The notes under the pieces: generated by a model | The model's database searches: none | Told to the model about the DNA's origin: nothing | What the model saw: only the letters and a program-made list of their open reading frames with translations | Assembly: GCA_965214705.1 (NCBI GenBank) | Contig: OZ243972.1 | Coordinates: forward strand, 3,744,001-3,808,000 | Direction: 5' to 3' | Source: Alphaproteobacteria bacterium | GTDB lineage: Bacteria > Pseudomonadota > Alphaproteobacteria > UBA828 | Length of the DNA stretch: 64,000 bases | Made by a program: the position numbers and the translations under genes | In this document: one piece after another, positions 33,186 through 44,549 of the stretch | Position numbering within the stretch: position 1 is the first letter of the stretch | Layout: the number at the start of each line of letters is the position of its first letter

Positions 33186-34160
33186 CTAGTGCTCGCGCTC
33201 GGTCCTGATCTTGCGGGTCGGGTCCTCGAACACCTTGGTCAGCACGAGGCCCAGCAGGATCGTCAGCAGCAGAAGGGTGAACGCGATCGCGGCGCCACGG
33301 CCGAGTTCGAAGAACTTGAACGAGACGTCGAACAGGTAGGTCGGCAGGATCTTGGTCGCGTTGGCGGGGCCGCCGCCGGTCATGATCAGGATCGTATCGA
33401 TGAACCTGAAATTATCCATGAAGCGGAGCAGGATCGCGATCAGCAGGAAGGGGTAGAGGTTGGGCAGCGCGACGCTGAAGAAGTTGCGGAACGGCCCGGC
33501 GCCGTCGACCATGTGCGCTTCAAGCTGATCCTGCGGCACGCGCTTGAGGCCGGCGAGTGTGATGAGCGCGATCAGCGGGGTCCATTGCCAGACGTCGGTT
33601 GCGACGATCGCGAACATCGCCCAGAACCTGTTGCCGAGGATCGAGCCGCCTTCGAGCAGCCCGATGCTCTGCAACAGCCAGAAATACCAGCCGAAAGTCC
33701 CGTTATAGAGAAACATGTAAAGGAAGCCGGCGACGACGGGCGCCATCATCATCGGCATCAGGAAGATGGTGACGAGGATTTTCTCGAAGCGGTTGTTGTT
33801 GAGGATGACCGCCACGAGCACGCCGAGGCCGATCTCGACCGAGAGGCAGAGCGCGCTGTACTTGAAGAGCGTGAGCCAGCCCCTGATGAACTTCTTGTCG
33901 GAGGCGAGCCGGGAGAAGTTGTCGATGCCGGCCCACACGTCCGACTTGCCCGGCGCGAGCTGCACCTCGTGCAGGGTCATGTAGACCAGCCAGACCAGGG
34001 GATAGAGGGAGATCGCTGCTAGCAGCAGGATCGCCGGCAGCATCAGCCATAGCAGGTAGTAGCGCGGCGGCCGGTGATTGAATTCCTCCGGCACGTAATC
34101 GATCGTCCGTACACCGCGCACGACGCCGCCCGCGACATCGATGTTCGCGATGTTGGCCAT
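33186..34160 (-). CDS. Carbohydrate ABC transporter permease (MalF-like)
   Basis: G.DNF, PMMMAPVV, DVWQWTP, LEAHMVDGA, TGGGPANAT. Confidence 0.93.
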   Translation of the reverse strand: MANIANIDVAGGVVRGVRTIDYVPEEFNHRPPRYYLLWLMLPAILLLAAISLYPLVWLVYMTLHEVQLAPGKSDVWAGIDNFSRLASDKKFIRGWLTLFKYSALCLSVEIGLGVLVAVILNNNRFEKILVTIFLMPMMMAPVVAGFLYMFLYNGTFGWYFWLLQSIGLLEGGSILGNRFWAMFAIVATDVWQWTPLIALITLAGLKRVPQDQLEAHMVDGAGPFRNFFSVALPNLYPFLLIAILLRFMDNFRFIDTILIMTGGGPANATKILPTYLFDVSFKFFELGRGAAIAFTLLLLTILLGLVLTKVFEDPTRKIRTEREH

Positions 34161-34228
34161 GCGCTGGGTCTCCGCGCCGTTTCGCCGCCCGCGGCCGGCT
34201 ACTGTCTGTGTTGGTCAGAAGCCGCAAA

Positions 34229-34268
34229 CCGCCCGAGAGACGCCGGGATGCCGGCGCACCTCGGGCGG
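34229..34268 (-). other. Intercistronic stem-loop after the SBP gene (mRNA stabiliser-like)
   Basis: CCGCCCGAG (34229-34237) pairs with CTCGGGCGG (34260-34268); inner CGCCGG-GATG-CCGGCG. Confidence 0.55.
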
Positions 34269-34279
34269 AGCGGTGTTAC

Positions 34280-35809
34280 CTAGACGTCGTGGATGGAATC
34301 CAGCTCGTCCCTGATGGAGTCGCACGCCTCCTGAGCCGACAGCTCGCCGGAGATGCACTGCTGCGTGCCGACGCGAACGATCTCGTGATACTCGTTCGAC
34401 TTCGGCAGCTTCGGCCCGAGCACCATGTTGGGTGTGCGGATGCCCTTGTCGTAGACCGCCTCGAAGGTGAGCGCGTTCGGCATGGTGGTCGGCCGGTTGC
34501 GCGCCTCCTGAACCTCCGGCACGTCGAGGACGGACTTGCGGGTGGGCGTGCCGCCGACGCCGCGCAGCACCATGAGCTGCGTATCGTGGCTGCAGGCCCA
34601 GCTGGCGAAGATGAACGCTGCACGCTGCAGGTCCATGTCAGCGCCGGCGTTGATGCCGATGCCGCCGATGCCGCAGTTGGTGGCGTTCACGACATTGTCG
34701 CTGCCGTCGACGTTCCACTCGACGGCGCCCTTGGGCCCCATGGCGTAACCCGTCTTGCCGCCCGCTGCGACGGACTGCTCGGGGTCCTCCACCGAGGCCG
34801 CAAACTCGTGATACTGAATCTGCATGGCGACGCCGCCGGCGGCGTAGACCGTGTTCAGCTCCAGGGTGCCGTTGGTCAGGTTGTCGGGATGGCTGACGTC
34901 GGCGAGGGCCTTGTAGCCTTCCATCGCCTTGACCGACTGCGCATCGCCCCAGTTGGTCGGGCCGGGGTTCTTCGAGCCCAGCGTGTCGTCGACCGCGAAG
35001 TCGAGCCACTGGTTCTGCGCGTACATGTGCCGCTGGATGTCGAGCTGCGTGGTCCAGCCGAACGAGCCGTGATGCTGCGCGTAGCCGTAGGGGATTGACG
35101 AATCACGCTCGTGCATCTTTCCGAAGAACTCGGTGATATCGACCATGTCCTTGTAGGTCGTCTCGTCGGTGAACTCGAGGCGGTAGCCGTAGTCAGCCTC
35201 GAAGTCCTTGGTCAGCTTCTCGAACAGGTCCTGCCGGTAGAAGGTGCAGGACACCGCGCAGTCATAGGGGAAGGCGCGGATCGGGCCGCGCTCGTAGTAG
35301 ACGCCGCAGGCATCCAGATAATTCTCGAACCAGACGTCGCTGCCGTAACCTTGCGGGTCGAGGGGCAGGGTGTCGTCGACCGAGAACTCGTTGAGGTCGG
35401 CGTAGAAGTCCGCGAAGGGCGAGCCGATCGGCTTGTCCTGCACGTAGTTGAGGTGATAGTCGGCCTGGCCGCTACGCAGGTCGATACCGACCTTCTGCTG
35501 CACGGTGGGCAGACCGTCGGTGAGAATCTCCACCTCGATCCCGGTGAGGTCGTAGAACGCCTGGATGTTGTCGCGGATCGCGAAGGACGGCGGCGTGTTC
35601 TCGGACATGAAGACGAGCTTCGAGCCCTCGTACTGGCGCCACTTGGCTTCATCGGACGAATAGGCGTAGACCGGGCGGCGCGTGATCACCGAGTTCATGC
35701 CGACCGCGATCGAGCCCGCGCCGAGTGCGGTTGCGACACCGCCTCCGAGCTCGAGGAATTTGCGGCGACTGATCGGCTTGTACAGCGCCTTCTTGGGCAT
35801 AGAGAACAT
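34280..35809 (-). CDS. Carbohydrate ABC transporter substrate-binding protein, Tat-exported
   Basis: SRRKFL twin-arginine signal; FYDLTGIEVE, FYRQDLF, GIGGIGIN, PTRKS; heads the permease/ATPase operon. Confidence 0.88.
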   Translation of the reverse strand: MFSMPKKALYKPISRRKFLELGGGVATALGAGSIAVGMNSVITRRPVYAYSSDEAKWRQYEGSKLVFMSENTPPSFAIRDNIQAFYDLTGIEVEILTDGLPTVQQKVGIDLRSGQADYHLNYVQDKPIGSPFADFYADLNEFSVDDTLPLDPQGYGSDVWFENYLDACGVYYERGPIRAFPYDCAVSCTFYRQDLFEKLTKDFEADYGYRLEFTDETTYKDMVDITEFFGKMHERDSSIPYGYAQHHGSFGWTTQLDIQRHMYAQNQWLDFAVDDTLGSKNPGPTNWGDAQSVKAMEGYKALADVSHPDNLTNGTLELNTVYAAGGVAMQIQYHEFAASVEDPEQSVAAGGKTGYAMGPKGAVEWNVDGSDNVVNATNCGIGGIGINAGADMDLQRAAFIFASWACSHDTQLMVLRGVGGTPTRKSVLDVPEVQEARNRPTTMPNALTFEAVYDKGIRTPNMVLGPKLPKSNEYHEIVRVGTQQCISGELSAQEACDSIRDELDSIHDV

Positions 35810-36054
35810 GCTGTGCTCCTCCTTGGCGAATGTCGGGCTATGGCGTAACAGGGACGGGACGGTGTGAATATCGCGGCTCGCGCGGCAAGCTTCCGCGCGG
35901 TCTCCCTCCGCCGGCTGGCGGCAAACTGAACGTTTGTTTTCCGGGTGTCAATGGCCGCGCCGATCAGGAACAAGCTCGTGTGTTGCCCGCAAGTTCCCTC
36001 CCTGTGGTCGACGGAATTCCACCGATTCCATCGATTCAACGACGGCGAAGCTCC

Positions 36055-36085
36055 TTGACCTTCCCCCGGCAGGCGCTTGTATGGG
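36055..36085 (+). promoter_or_regulatory. MerR/CueR-type promoter upstream of the multicopper oxidase
   Basis: TTGACC, 19 nt, TATGGG. ACCTTCC half-site overlaps the -35 as in CueR promoters; right half-site degenerate. Confidence 0.5.
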
Positions 36086-36115
36086 GAATGCACGGGGCAG
36101 GAGGCCGGAAGCGGA

Positions 36116-37513
36116 ATGACCATGCGTATTTCCCGACGGGCGTTCAACGGTGGACTCGTGGGCCTCGCGGCGGCGGGCAGCACCGCATTCGGAGTTGAAC
36201 CGGCTCGCGCGGATGTGCCGACGCTGGAGGCGAATACGGGTTTTGCCCAACTCGCGCCGCCCGAGTTGCCGGCAACACCCATCTGGGGCTATGGGGGGCA
36301 AGTGCCGGGTCCGGTCGTCCGCGTTAGGCAGGGAGAGCGTGTCGAGCGGCGATTCGTCAACAGTCTGCCGCAGGCCTCGACCGTGCACTGGCATGGCATC
36401 AGGATCGATAATGCCATGGACGGGGTGCCGGATCTGACGCAGTCGGCGGTACCGCCCGGCGGCAGCTATCTATACGATTTCGTGGTGCCCGACGCCGGAA
36501 CCTACTGGTATCACTCCCACAATCGGACCTGGGAGCAACTGGCCCGCGGACTGTACGGAGCGCTCATCGTCGAGGAAGCCGACGGTGGGCCGGAGGTCGA
36601 CCGCGACGAGATCATGCTCATCGACGACTGGCGTCTCACTCAAGAGGCGCAGATCGATTCGAATTTCGGTGCCATGGGCGATCGCTCGCACGGGGGGCGT
36701 ATTGGCAATTGGGTGACGATCAACGGTGCGGGCGAATGGCGCGTCGAGGTCGGGCGGCACGAGCGGCTCCGGCTGCGGCTGGCGAACGCTGCCAACGCAC
36801 GCATCCTGGTACTGGGGCTGCACGGGCTGGAGGGCTGGGTGGTCGCCCTGGACGGGCAGCCCCTGGCCGTGCCCGAGCCCCTCGAGCGGCTCCTGCTTGC
36901 GCCGGCGCAGCGCGCCGATCTGATCGTCGATGCGACCGCCGAAGAGGGATCGGATGCGTTCCTCGTCTCGCTCGAACGCGACGGCGCCTACAGGATCGCG
37001 AGCTTCCGCGTGGACGGCACGATGAGGCCCCGACCACACGCCGCACCGGCGCCACTGGAGCCCAATCCGGTTGCGTCGCTGCGCGGTCTAGCCGAGGCAC
37101 GGTCCGCTCGGCTTCTGATGCAGGGCGGCGCCATGGGCGGCATGCAGAGCGCAATCATGGGCGGCCGTGAGACCGACATCCGCGACATGGTGGCTCGGGG
37201 AAGGGTCTGGGCCTTCAACGGCGTCGCGGACTTCGCTGCGCACCCGCTGCTCGACCTTGCAAGTGGAGAGACGGCCCGGATCGCCATCGTCAACGAAACC
37301 GCCTGGCCCCACGCGATGCATCTGCACGGTCATCATTTCCGGCGCATTGACGGCGACGGCAACGTCGGACCGCTGCGCGACACCCTGTTGCTGGACCGTC
37401 AGGAATCCGCCGAGATCGCGTTCGTGGCCGATAATCCCGGCAACTGGCTCCTTCATTGCCACATGCCGGAGCATTCAGCCGGCGGGATGGAGACCTGGAT
37501 TCGCGTCGGCTGA
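36116..37513 (+). CDS. Multicopper oxidase (laccase-like), Tat-exported
   Basis: SRRAF Tat signal; copper motifs HWHG, YWYHSH, HAMHLHGH, HCHMPEH..GM; Met-rich insert. Confidence 0.95.
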   Translation: MTMRISRRAFNGGLVGLAAAGSTAFGVEPARADVPTLEANTGFAQLAPPELPATPIWGYGGQVPGPVVRVRQGERVERRFVNSLPQASTVHWHGIRIDNAMDGVPDLTQSAVPPGGSYLYDFVVPDAGTYWYHSHNRTWEQLARGLYGALIVEEADGGPEVDRDEIMLIDDWRLTQEAQIDSNFGAMGDRSHGGRIGNWVTINGAGEWRVEVGRHERLRLRLANAANARILVLGLHGLEGWVVALDGQPLAVPEPLERLLLAPAQRADLIVDATAEEGSDAFLVSLERDGAYRIASFRVDGTMRPRPHAAPAPLEPNPVASLRGLAEARSARLLMQGGAMGGMQSAIMGGRETDIRDMVARGRVWAFNGVADFAAHPLLDLASGETARIAIVNETAWPHAMHLHGHHFRRIDGDGNVGPLRDTLLLDRQESAEIAFVADNPGNWLLHCHMPEHSAGGMETWIRVG

Positions 37514-37559
37514 GGTGCTGCGGCTACTGCCGCGGTCGCTTCGCCCGCGCGGCGGAACG

Positions 37560-39512
<1,953 letters not shown>

Positions 39513-39680
39513 GGCTCCTCCACTTCCTTCGCGCCCTCATAGCAGGCTCCCGCGCCGAACGGGAGACCCGACGAACCGAGGTGTGGGACAAGAGTTTCGG
39601 CGCAGGCATTTGCCAACTGTTCGGGTAAGATTGTGAATGCTCCGTCCCCCGAATCGCCTTGTGAGACGAGAGAGGCGCCC

Positions 39681-39989
39681 ATGATTGCCGCCGTTGCCGA
39701 GCGCACCGCCGAGATTCAGCGGCTTTGCGGTCGTCATCACTTGCTGAAGCTCGCGCTGTTCGGCTCGGCAGCAACCGGAGAGCACCGCGCCGGCGCGAGC
39801 GACTATGACTTCGTGGTGGAGTTCCCGCCGCTGCCGGCTGGCGGCTACGCTGACAGCTATTTCGGCCTGCTGGAGGACCTGGAGCAGCTACTCGGCGGCC
39901 CGGTGGAGCTGGTCGTGGGTTCGGCCATTAGGAACCCGTTCTTTCGCCAGTCAGTCGAGCGAACCAGTGCGCTTCTCTATGAGGCCTGA
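39681..39989 (+). CDS. Minimal nucleotidyltransferase (MNT) antitoxin
   Basis: LFGSAATGEH...SDYDFVVEF (GS-x10-DxD) and NPFF. Confidence 0.88.
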   Translation: MIAAVAERTAEIQRLCGRHHLLKLALFGSAATGEHRAGASDYDFVVEFPPLPAGGYADSYFGLLEDLEQLLGGPVELVVGSAIRNPFFRQSVERTSALLYEA

Positions 39990-40339
39990 AGTCCCAAAAG
40001 TATCTGTTCGACATCTGGCGCGCCGTGGAGTTGCTGACCAACTTCACTGCGGGTAAGGCGTTCGCCGATTACGCGCACGACGCCATATTGCGTTCAGCAG
40101 TCGAGCGCCAGTTTGAGATTGTCGGAGAGGCGACGGCACAGCTAGTAGCCAAACTCGACCGTGGTCTCGCCGCTCGCATCGGCGAACACCGCCGTATCGT
40201 GGCCTTCCGCAATATTCTCATCCACGGCTATGCCGATGTAGACGACCGCCTGGTGTGGGATGTGGTTGAGACCAAGCTCCCGGCCTTGCGCCGCGATGTC
40301 GAGAGGCTGTTGAGGGAGGCGGGGATGGAGCCCTCCTGA
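39979..40339 (+). pseudogene. HEPN (DUF86) toxin with one extra base near the 5' end
   Basis: ATG 39979 MRPEVPK continues as YLFDIWRAVELLTNF only after removing one base in CCCAAAAG (39993-40000). AVERQFEIVGEA and RNILIHGY (Rx4HxY) are intact. Confidence 0.8.
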
Positions 40340-40382
40340 TCGCGGGTTCGCGAGCCTGCATGCGGCGCGCCATCCACGCCGA

Positions 40383-40429
40383 TTGACATTTCGGCGATAT
40401 TCCCTATTGAAAGCGGACCGGTTTCGTCC
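40383..40429 (+). promoter_or_regulatory. suf operon promoter with candidate Rrf2 operator
   Basis: TTGACA at 40383-40388; short dyad GGAC-N7-GTCC at 40415-40429. Confidence 0.4.
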
Positions 40430-40490
40430 TATATGCCCGTCACGCACGCCCGGCGAGTGCGCGGGCGAGGCGACTGCGAGGGGGTACAGC

Positions 40491-40955
40491 ATGATCCGCG
40501 TCAGCCGCATGGCCGACTATGGTGTCGTGGCCATGACCCACATCGCGCGCGCACCGCGCGCCCGGCACACGGCGGCGAGCATCGCGGCGCAGACCGGCGT
40601 GCCTCAGCCGAGCGCGAGCAAACTCCTGAAATTGCTGGCGAAGGCCGGCATTCTGACCTCCCATCGGGGGGCCAAGGGCGGCTATGCGCTGACGCATGCG
40701 CCGGAGCAGGTCTCGGTGGCGGACCTGGTTGCCGCCGTGGACGGGCCGATCTCGCTCGCCGACTGCCTCGACGGCCCCTCCGGCATCTGCGAGCTGGAGA
40801 GCTTCTGCTCGGTGCGCGGCCCCTGGCAGAAGATCAGCGACGCGATCCGCGTGGCGCTGGAGGAGGTGACATTGGCCGATATGGCCCAGGCGGCAGAGGG
40901 CGCGGGCGAGTGGCGCGCGCCGGCTGAGTCCGCGGGCCGGGAGCACGCGTCATGA
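40491..40955 (+). CDS. Rrf2-family SUF system regulator
   Basis: [27 protein letters not shown]...C...C...C (three Cys); first gene of the suf operon. Confidence 0.92.
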   Translation: MIRVSRMADYGVVAMTHIARAPRARHTAASIAAQTGVPQPSASKLLKLLAKAGILTSHRGAKGGYALTHAPEQVSVADLVAAVDGPISLADCLDGPSGICELESFCSVRGPWQKISDAIRVALEEVTLADMAQAAEGAGEWRAPAESAGREHAS

Positions 40956-42415
40956 GCGCCCAGCAGGAGGCCGCGCAGGCGGTCGAGTCCTACGCCGGCG
41001 AGCGCTACAAGTATGGCTTCGTCACCGACGTTGAGGCCGACTCCGCGCCGCCCGGCCTGGACCACGACACGATCCGCTTCATCTCCGCCAAGAAGGGTGA
41101 GCCCGAGTGGCTATTGGCGTGGCGCATCAAGGCGTTCGAGCGCTGGCTTGAGATGGAGGACGAGGAGCCAACCTGGGCCAAGCTGCACTATCCGCCCATC
41201 GATTATCAGGATGCCTGCTACTACTCGGCGCCCAAGTCGGATTCGGACCGGCCCAAGAGCCTGGACGAAGTCGACCCGGAGCTGCTGAAGACCTACGAGA
41301 AGCTCGGCATCCCGCTCCAGGAGCAGGAGATGCTGGCGGGTGTCGCGGTGGACGCGGTGTTCGACAGCGTCTCGGTCGCCACCACCTTCAAGGACAAGCT
41401 CGCCGAGATGGGCGTCATCTTCTGCTCGATCTCGGAGGCGGTGAAGGAGCATCCCGAGCTGGTGCAGCGCTACCTCGGCTCCGTGGTGCCCTATTCGGAC
41501 AACTTCTTCGCGACGCTGAACTCGGCGGTGTTCACCGACGGCTCCTTCGTCTACGTGCCCAAGGGCGTGCGCTGCCCGATGGAGCTTTCCACCTACTTCC
41601 GCATCAACGCCGCCAACACCGGGCAGTTCGAGCGCACGCTGATCATCGCCGACGAGGGCTCCTACGTCAGCTATCTCGAAGGCTGTACGGCGCCCATGCG
41701 AGACGAGAACCAGCTTCATGCGGCGGTGGTCGAGCTGATCGCGCTCGACGACGCCGAGATCAAGTATTCCACGGTGCAGAACTGGTATCCCGGCGACGCC
41801 GAGGGCAAGGGCGGGATATACAACTTCGTCACCAAGCGCGGAGCCTGCCGCGGGGCCAACGCCAAGATTTCCTGGACCCAGGTCGAGACGGGGTCCGCGA
41901 TCACCTGGAAGTACCCGAGCTGCATCCTGCAGGGCGACAATTCGGTGGGCGAGTTCTATTCCATCGCCATCACCAACAACCGCCAGCAGGCGGATACCGG
42001 CACCAAGATGATCCACATGGGCCGCAATACGAAGAGCCGGATCGTCTCCAAGGGCATCGCCGCCGGGCGCTCCGACAGCACCTATCGCGGTCTGGTCCGC
42101 ATCCAGCCCAAGGCCGAGGGCGCGCGCAACCACACCCAGTGCGATTCGCTCCTGATCGGCGCGGAATGCGGTGCCCACACCGTGCCCTACATTGAATCCC
42201 GCAACCCCACGGCGCGGGTGGAGCACGAGGCGACGACCTCCAAAATCAGCGAAGACCAACTCTTCTACTGCCGCCAGCGCGGCATCGACGAGGAGGACGC
42301 GGTGGCGCTGATCGTGAACGGCTTCTGCCGCGAGGTGCTGCAGGAGCTGCCAATGGAGTTCGCGGTCGAGGCGCAGAAGCTCGTGGCCATCAGCCTCGAA
42401 GGCAGCGTCGGCTAG
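40952..42415 (+). CDS. sufB: Fe-S cluster assembly protein SufB
   Basis: [55 protein letters not shown]. Confidence 0.98.
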   Translation: MSAQQEAAQAVESYAGERYKYGFVTDVEADSAPPGLDHDTIRFISAKKGEPEWLLAWRIKAFERWLEMEDEEPTWAKLHYPPIDYQDACYYSAPKSDSDRPKSLDEVDPELLKTYEKLGIPLQEQEMLAGVAVDAVFDSVSVATTFKDKLAEMGVIFCSISEAVKEHPELVQRYLGSVVPYSDNFFATLNSAVFTDGSFVYVPKGVRCPMELSTYFRINAANTGQFERTLIIADEGSYVSYLEGCTAPMRDENQLHAAVVELIALDDAEIKYSTVQNWYPGDAEGKGGIYNFVTKRGACRGANAKISWTQVETGSAITWKYPSCILQGDNSVGEFYSIAITNNRQQADTGTKMIHMGRNTKSRIVSKGIAAGRSDSTYRGLVRIQPKAEGARNHTQCDSLLIGAECGAHTVPYIESRNPTARVEHEATTSKISEDQLFYCRQRGIDEEDAVALIVNGFCREVLQELPMEFAVEAQKLVAISLEGSVG

Positions 42416-42436
42416 GACGGACAGTACGGGACAGCC

Positions 42437-43207
42437 ATGTTGAAACCCATGTTAGCGATCGAGAACCTGCACGCGACCGTCGACGGCAAACCGATCCTGA
42501 ACGGCCTCGACCTCGCGGTGAACGAGGGCGAGGTGCATGCGGTGATGGGGCCCAACGGCTCCGGCAAGAGCACGCTCGCCTACGTGATCGCCGGCCGCGA
42601 GGGCTACGAGGTGACCGAGGGCTCGATCACCTACCGGGGTGAGGACTTGCTGGCCATGAGCGTGGAGGAGCGGGCGTGCAGCGGCGTCTTTCTCGCCTTC
42701 CAGTATCCGGTGGAGATTCCGGGGGTAGGCAGCGCGACCTTCCTCAAGACGGCGGTCAACGCGGCCCGCAAGCATCGCGGCGAGCAGGAATACGACGCGA
42801 TGGAGTTCCTCAAGCTGGTCAGAGAGAAGCGCGCGGCGCTCGGCATCGACGACGGCATGATGCGGCGCGCCCTCAACGTCGGCTTCTCGGGTGGCGAGAA
42901 GAAGCGCAACGAAATGCTGCAGATGGCGCTGCTGGAGCCCTCCCTCGCCATCCTCGACGAGACCGATTCCGGCCTAGATATCGACGCGCTGAAGGTGGTC
43001 GCCGACGGCATCAACGCGTTGCGCGGGCCGGAGCGGGCGATGGTGGTCATCACCCACTACCAGCGGCTGCTGGATCACGTGGTGCCGGACAAGGTGCACG
43101 TGCTCGCCGGCGGGCGCATCGTGCGCTCGGGCGGGAGCGAACTTGCGCTGGAGCTTGAGAGCCGGGGTTATGCCGGCCTCGGGCTCGAGCCGAGCGCGGC
43201 GGCCTGA
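42437..43207 (+). CDS. sufC: Fe-S cluster assembly ATPase SufC
   Basis: GPNGSGKST, FLAFQYPVEIPGV, GFSGGEKKRNE, LDETDSGLDIDAL, ITHYQRLL. Confidence 0.98.
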   Translation: MLKPMLAIENLHATVDGKPILNGLDLAVNEGEVHAVMGPNGSGKSTLAYVIAGREGYEVTEGSITYRGEDLLAMSVEERACSGVFLAFQYPVEIPGVGSATFLKTAVNAARKHRGEQEYDAMEFLKLVREKRAALGIDDGMMRRALNVGFSGGEKKRNEMLQMALLEPSLAILDETDSGLDIDALKVVADGINALRGPERAMVVITHYQRLLDHVVPDKVHVLAGGRIVRSGGSELALELESRGYAGLGLEPSAAA

Positions 43208-43223
43208 GCGGGAGCGACCAAAC

Positions 43224-44549
43224 ATGCCCGTTGCGCGAACCATTCCGTTCGACTATCCGGCACTCGGCGCTGGCCCGGCGCTCGCGCTTCCGGGCGCCGG
43301 CCTGCCGTGGCTCGATGCGCTGCGCAACGAGGGCCGGCGGCTCAGCGCGAACGGGCTGCCAAGCACCCGCACGGAGGCGTGGAAGTACACCAGTCTCACA
43401 CCGCTAACCGAACTCGAATTCCCGCACCCGGCGGCAACCGAGGCTCATGCCCTGCCGGCCAATCTCGGACCCGGCGTCTTCGATGCGCTGGAAGGGCCCT
43501 CGCTTGTATTTGTCAACGGGCGGCTCTCGGCACGTCATGCGCAACTCGACGGCCTGCCTGCCGGCCTCCGCGTGCGCGGGTTGGCCCAGGGCCTCGCAGA
43601 CGATCCGGCCGGCATCGAGGCGCTGATCGGCGGCGCCGAGACCCTCAACGGCGATCTCATGGCGGCCTTCAACGCGGCGTTTGGGGCCGACGGCTGCATC
43701 GTCGAGACCGAGCCGGGAGCGGCGGTGGAAGAGCCGGTGCGGCTCAGTTTCGGCGCCGCGCCGGGCAGCGCGCCGCTCGCCTACCACCCGCGCGTCATCG
43801 TGCGTTTGGGCGCGGGCAGCAGCCTGACTATGATCGAGTGCCACGAAGGGCCGGCGGGAGCGCCGACATGGTCAAACCCGCTCGTCGATATCGAAGTGGG
43901 CGAGGGAGCCAGGCTCAGCCATATCAAGCTGCAGGCAGAGGGCGAAAGCGCCTATCACACGGCGCTGACCAAGGCGGTGCTGGCTGGCGAGGCCCGCTAC
44001 GAGAGCCACCTGCTGGCGCTCGGCGCCCGCCTCGCCCGCCACGAAATCCATGTCCGGCTCGCGGGCGAGGGCGCGGATTGCCGACTGCGTGGCGGCTACA
44101 TGGCGCGCGGCAGCCAGCACGTGGACAACACCACGGTGATCGACCACGCGGTGCCGCATTGCGAGAGTCGCGAGGTCTACAAGGGTGTGCTGGACGATAC
44201 GGCGCGCGGGGTCTTCCAGGGCAAGATCATCGTGCGCCAGGACGCCCAGAAGACCGACGGCCACCAGCTCAACCGCACGTTGCTGCTCTCGCCCAAGGCC
44301 GAGATTGACACCAAGCCCGAGCTCGAAATCTACGCCGACGACGTGAAGTGCAGCCACGGGGCCACGGCTGGCGAGCCGGAGGAGGACCAGCTCTTCTACC
44401 TGCGCTCGCGCGGCCTCGATCACAGGACCGCGCTTGCGCTGATTGTCGAGGGCTTCATAGGCGAACTGCTGGAGGAGATTGGCCACGCGCCGGTGCAGGC
44501 GGCTTTGGTCGCGCGTGTCGCGGACTGGATCAAGGAAAGCCGATCGTGA
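43224..44549 (+). CDS. sufD: Fe-S cluster assembly protein SufD
   Basis: EAWKYT, GVFQGKI.V..DAQKTDG.Q, KPELEIYADDVKCSHGAT, FYLRSRG. Confidence 0.96.
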   Translation: MPVARTIPFDYPALGAGPALALPGAGLPWLDALRNEGRRLSANGLPSTRTEAWKYTSLTPLTELEFPHPAATEAHALPANLGPGVFDALEGPSLVFVNGRLSARHAQLDGLPAGLRVRGLAQGLADDPAGIEALIGGAETLNGDLMAAFNAAFGADGCIVETEPGAAVEEPVRLSFGAAPGSAPLAYHPRVIVRLGAGSSLTMIECHEGPAGAPTWSNPLVDIEVGEGARLSHIKLQAEGESAYHTALTKAVLAGEARYESHLLALGARLARHEIHVRLAGEGADCRLRGGYMARGSQHVDNTTVIDHAVPHCESREVYKGVLDDTARGVFQGKIIVRQDAQKTDGHQLNRTLLLSPKAEIDTKPELEIYADDVKCSHGATAGEPEEDQLFYLRSRGLDHRTALALIVEGFIGELLEEIGHAPVQAALVARVADWIKESRS

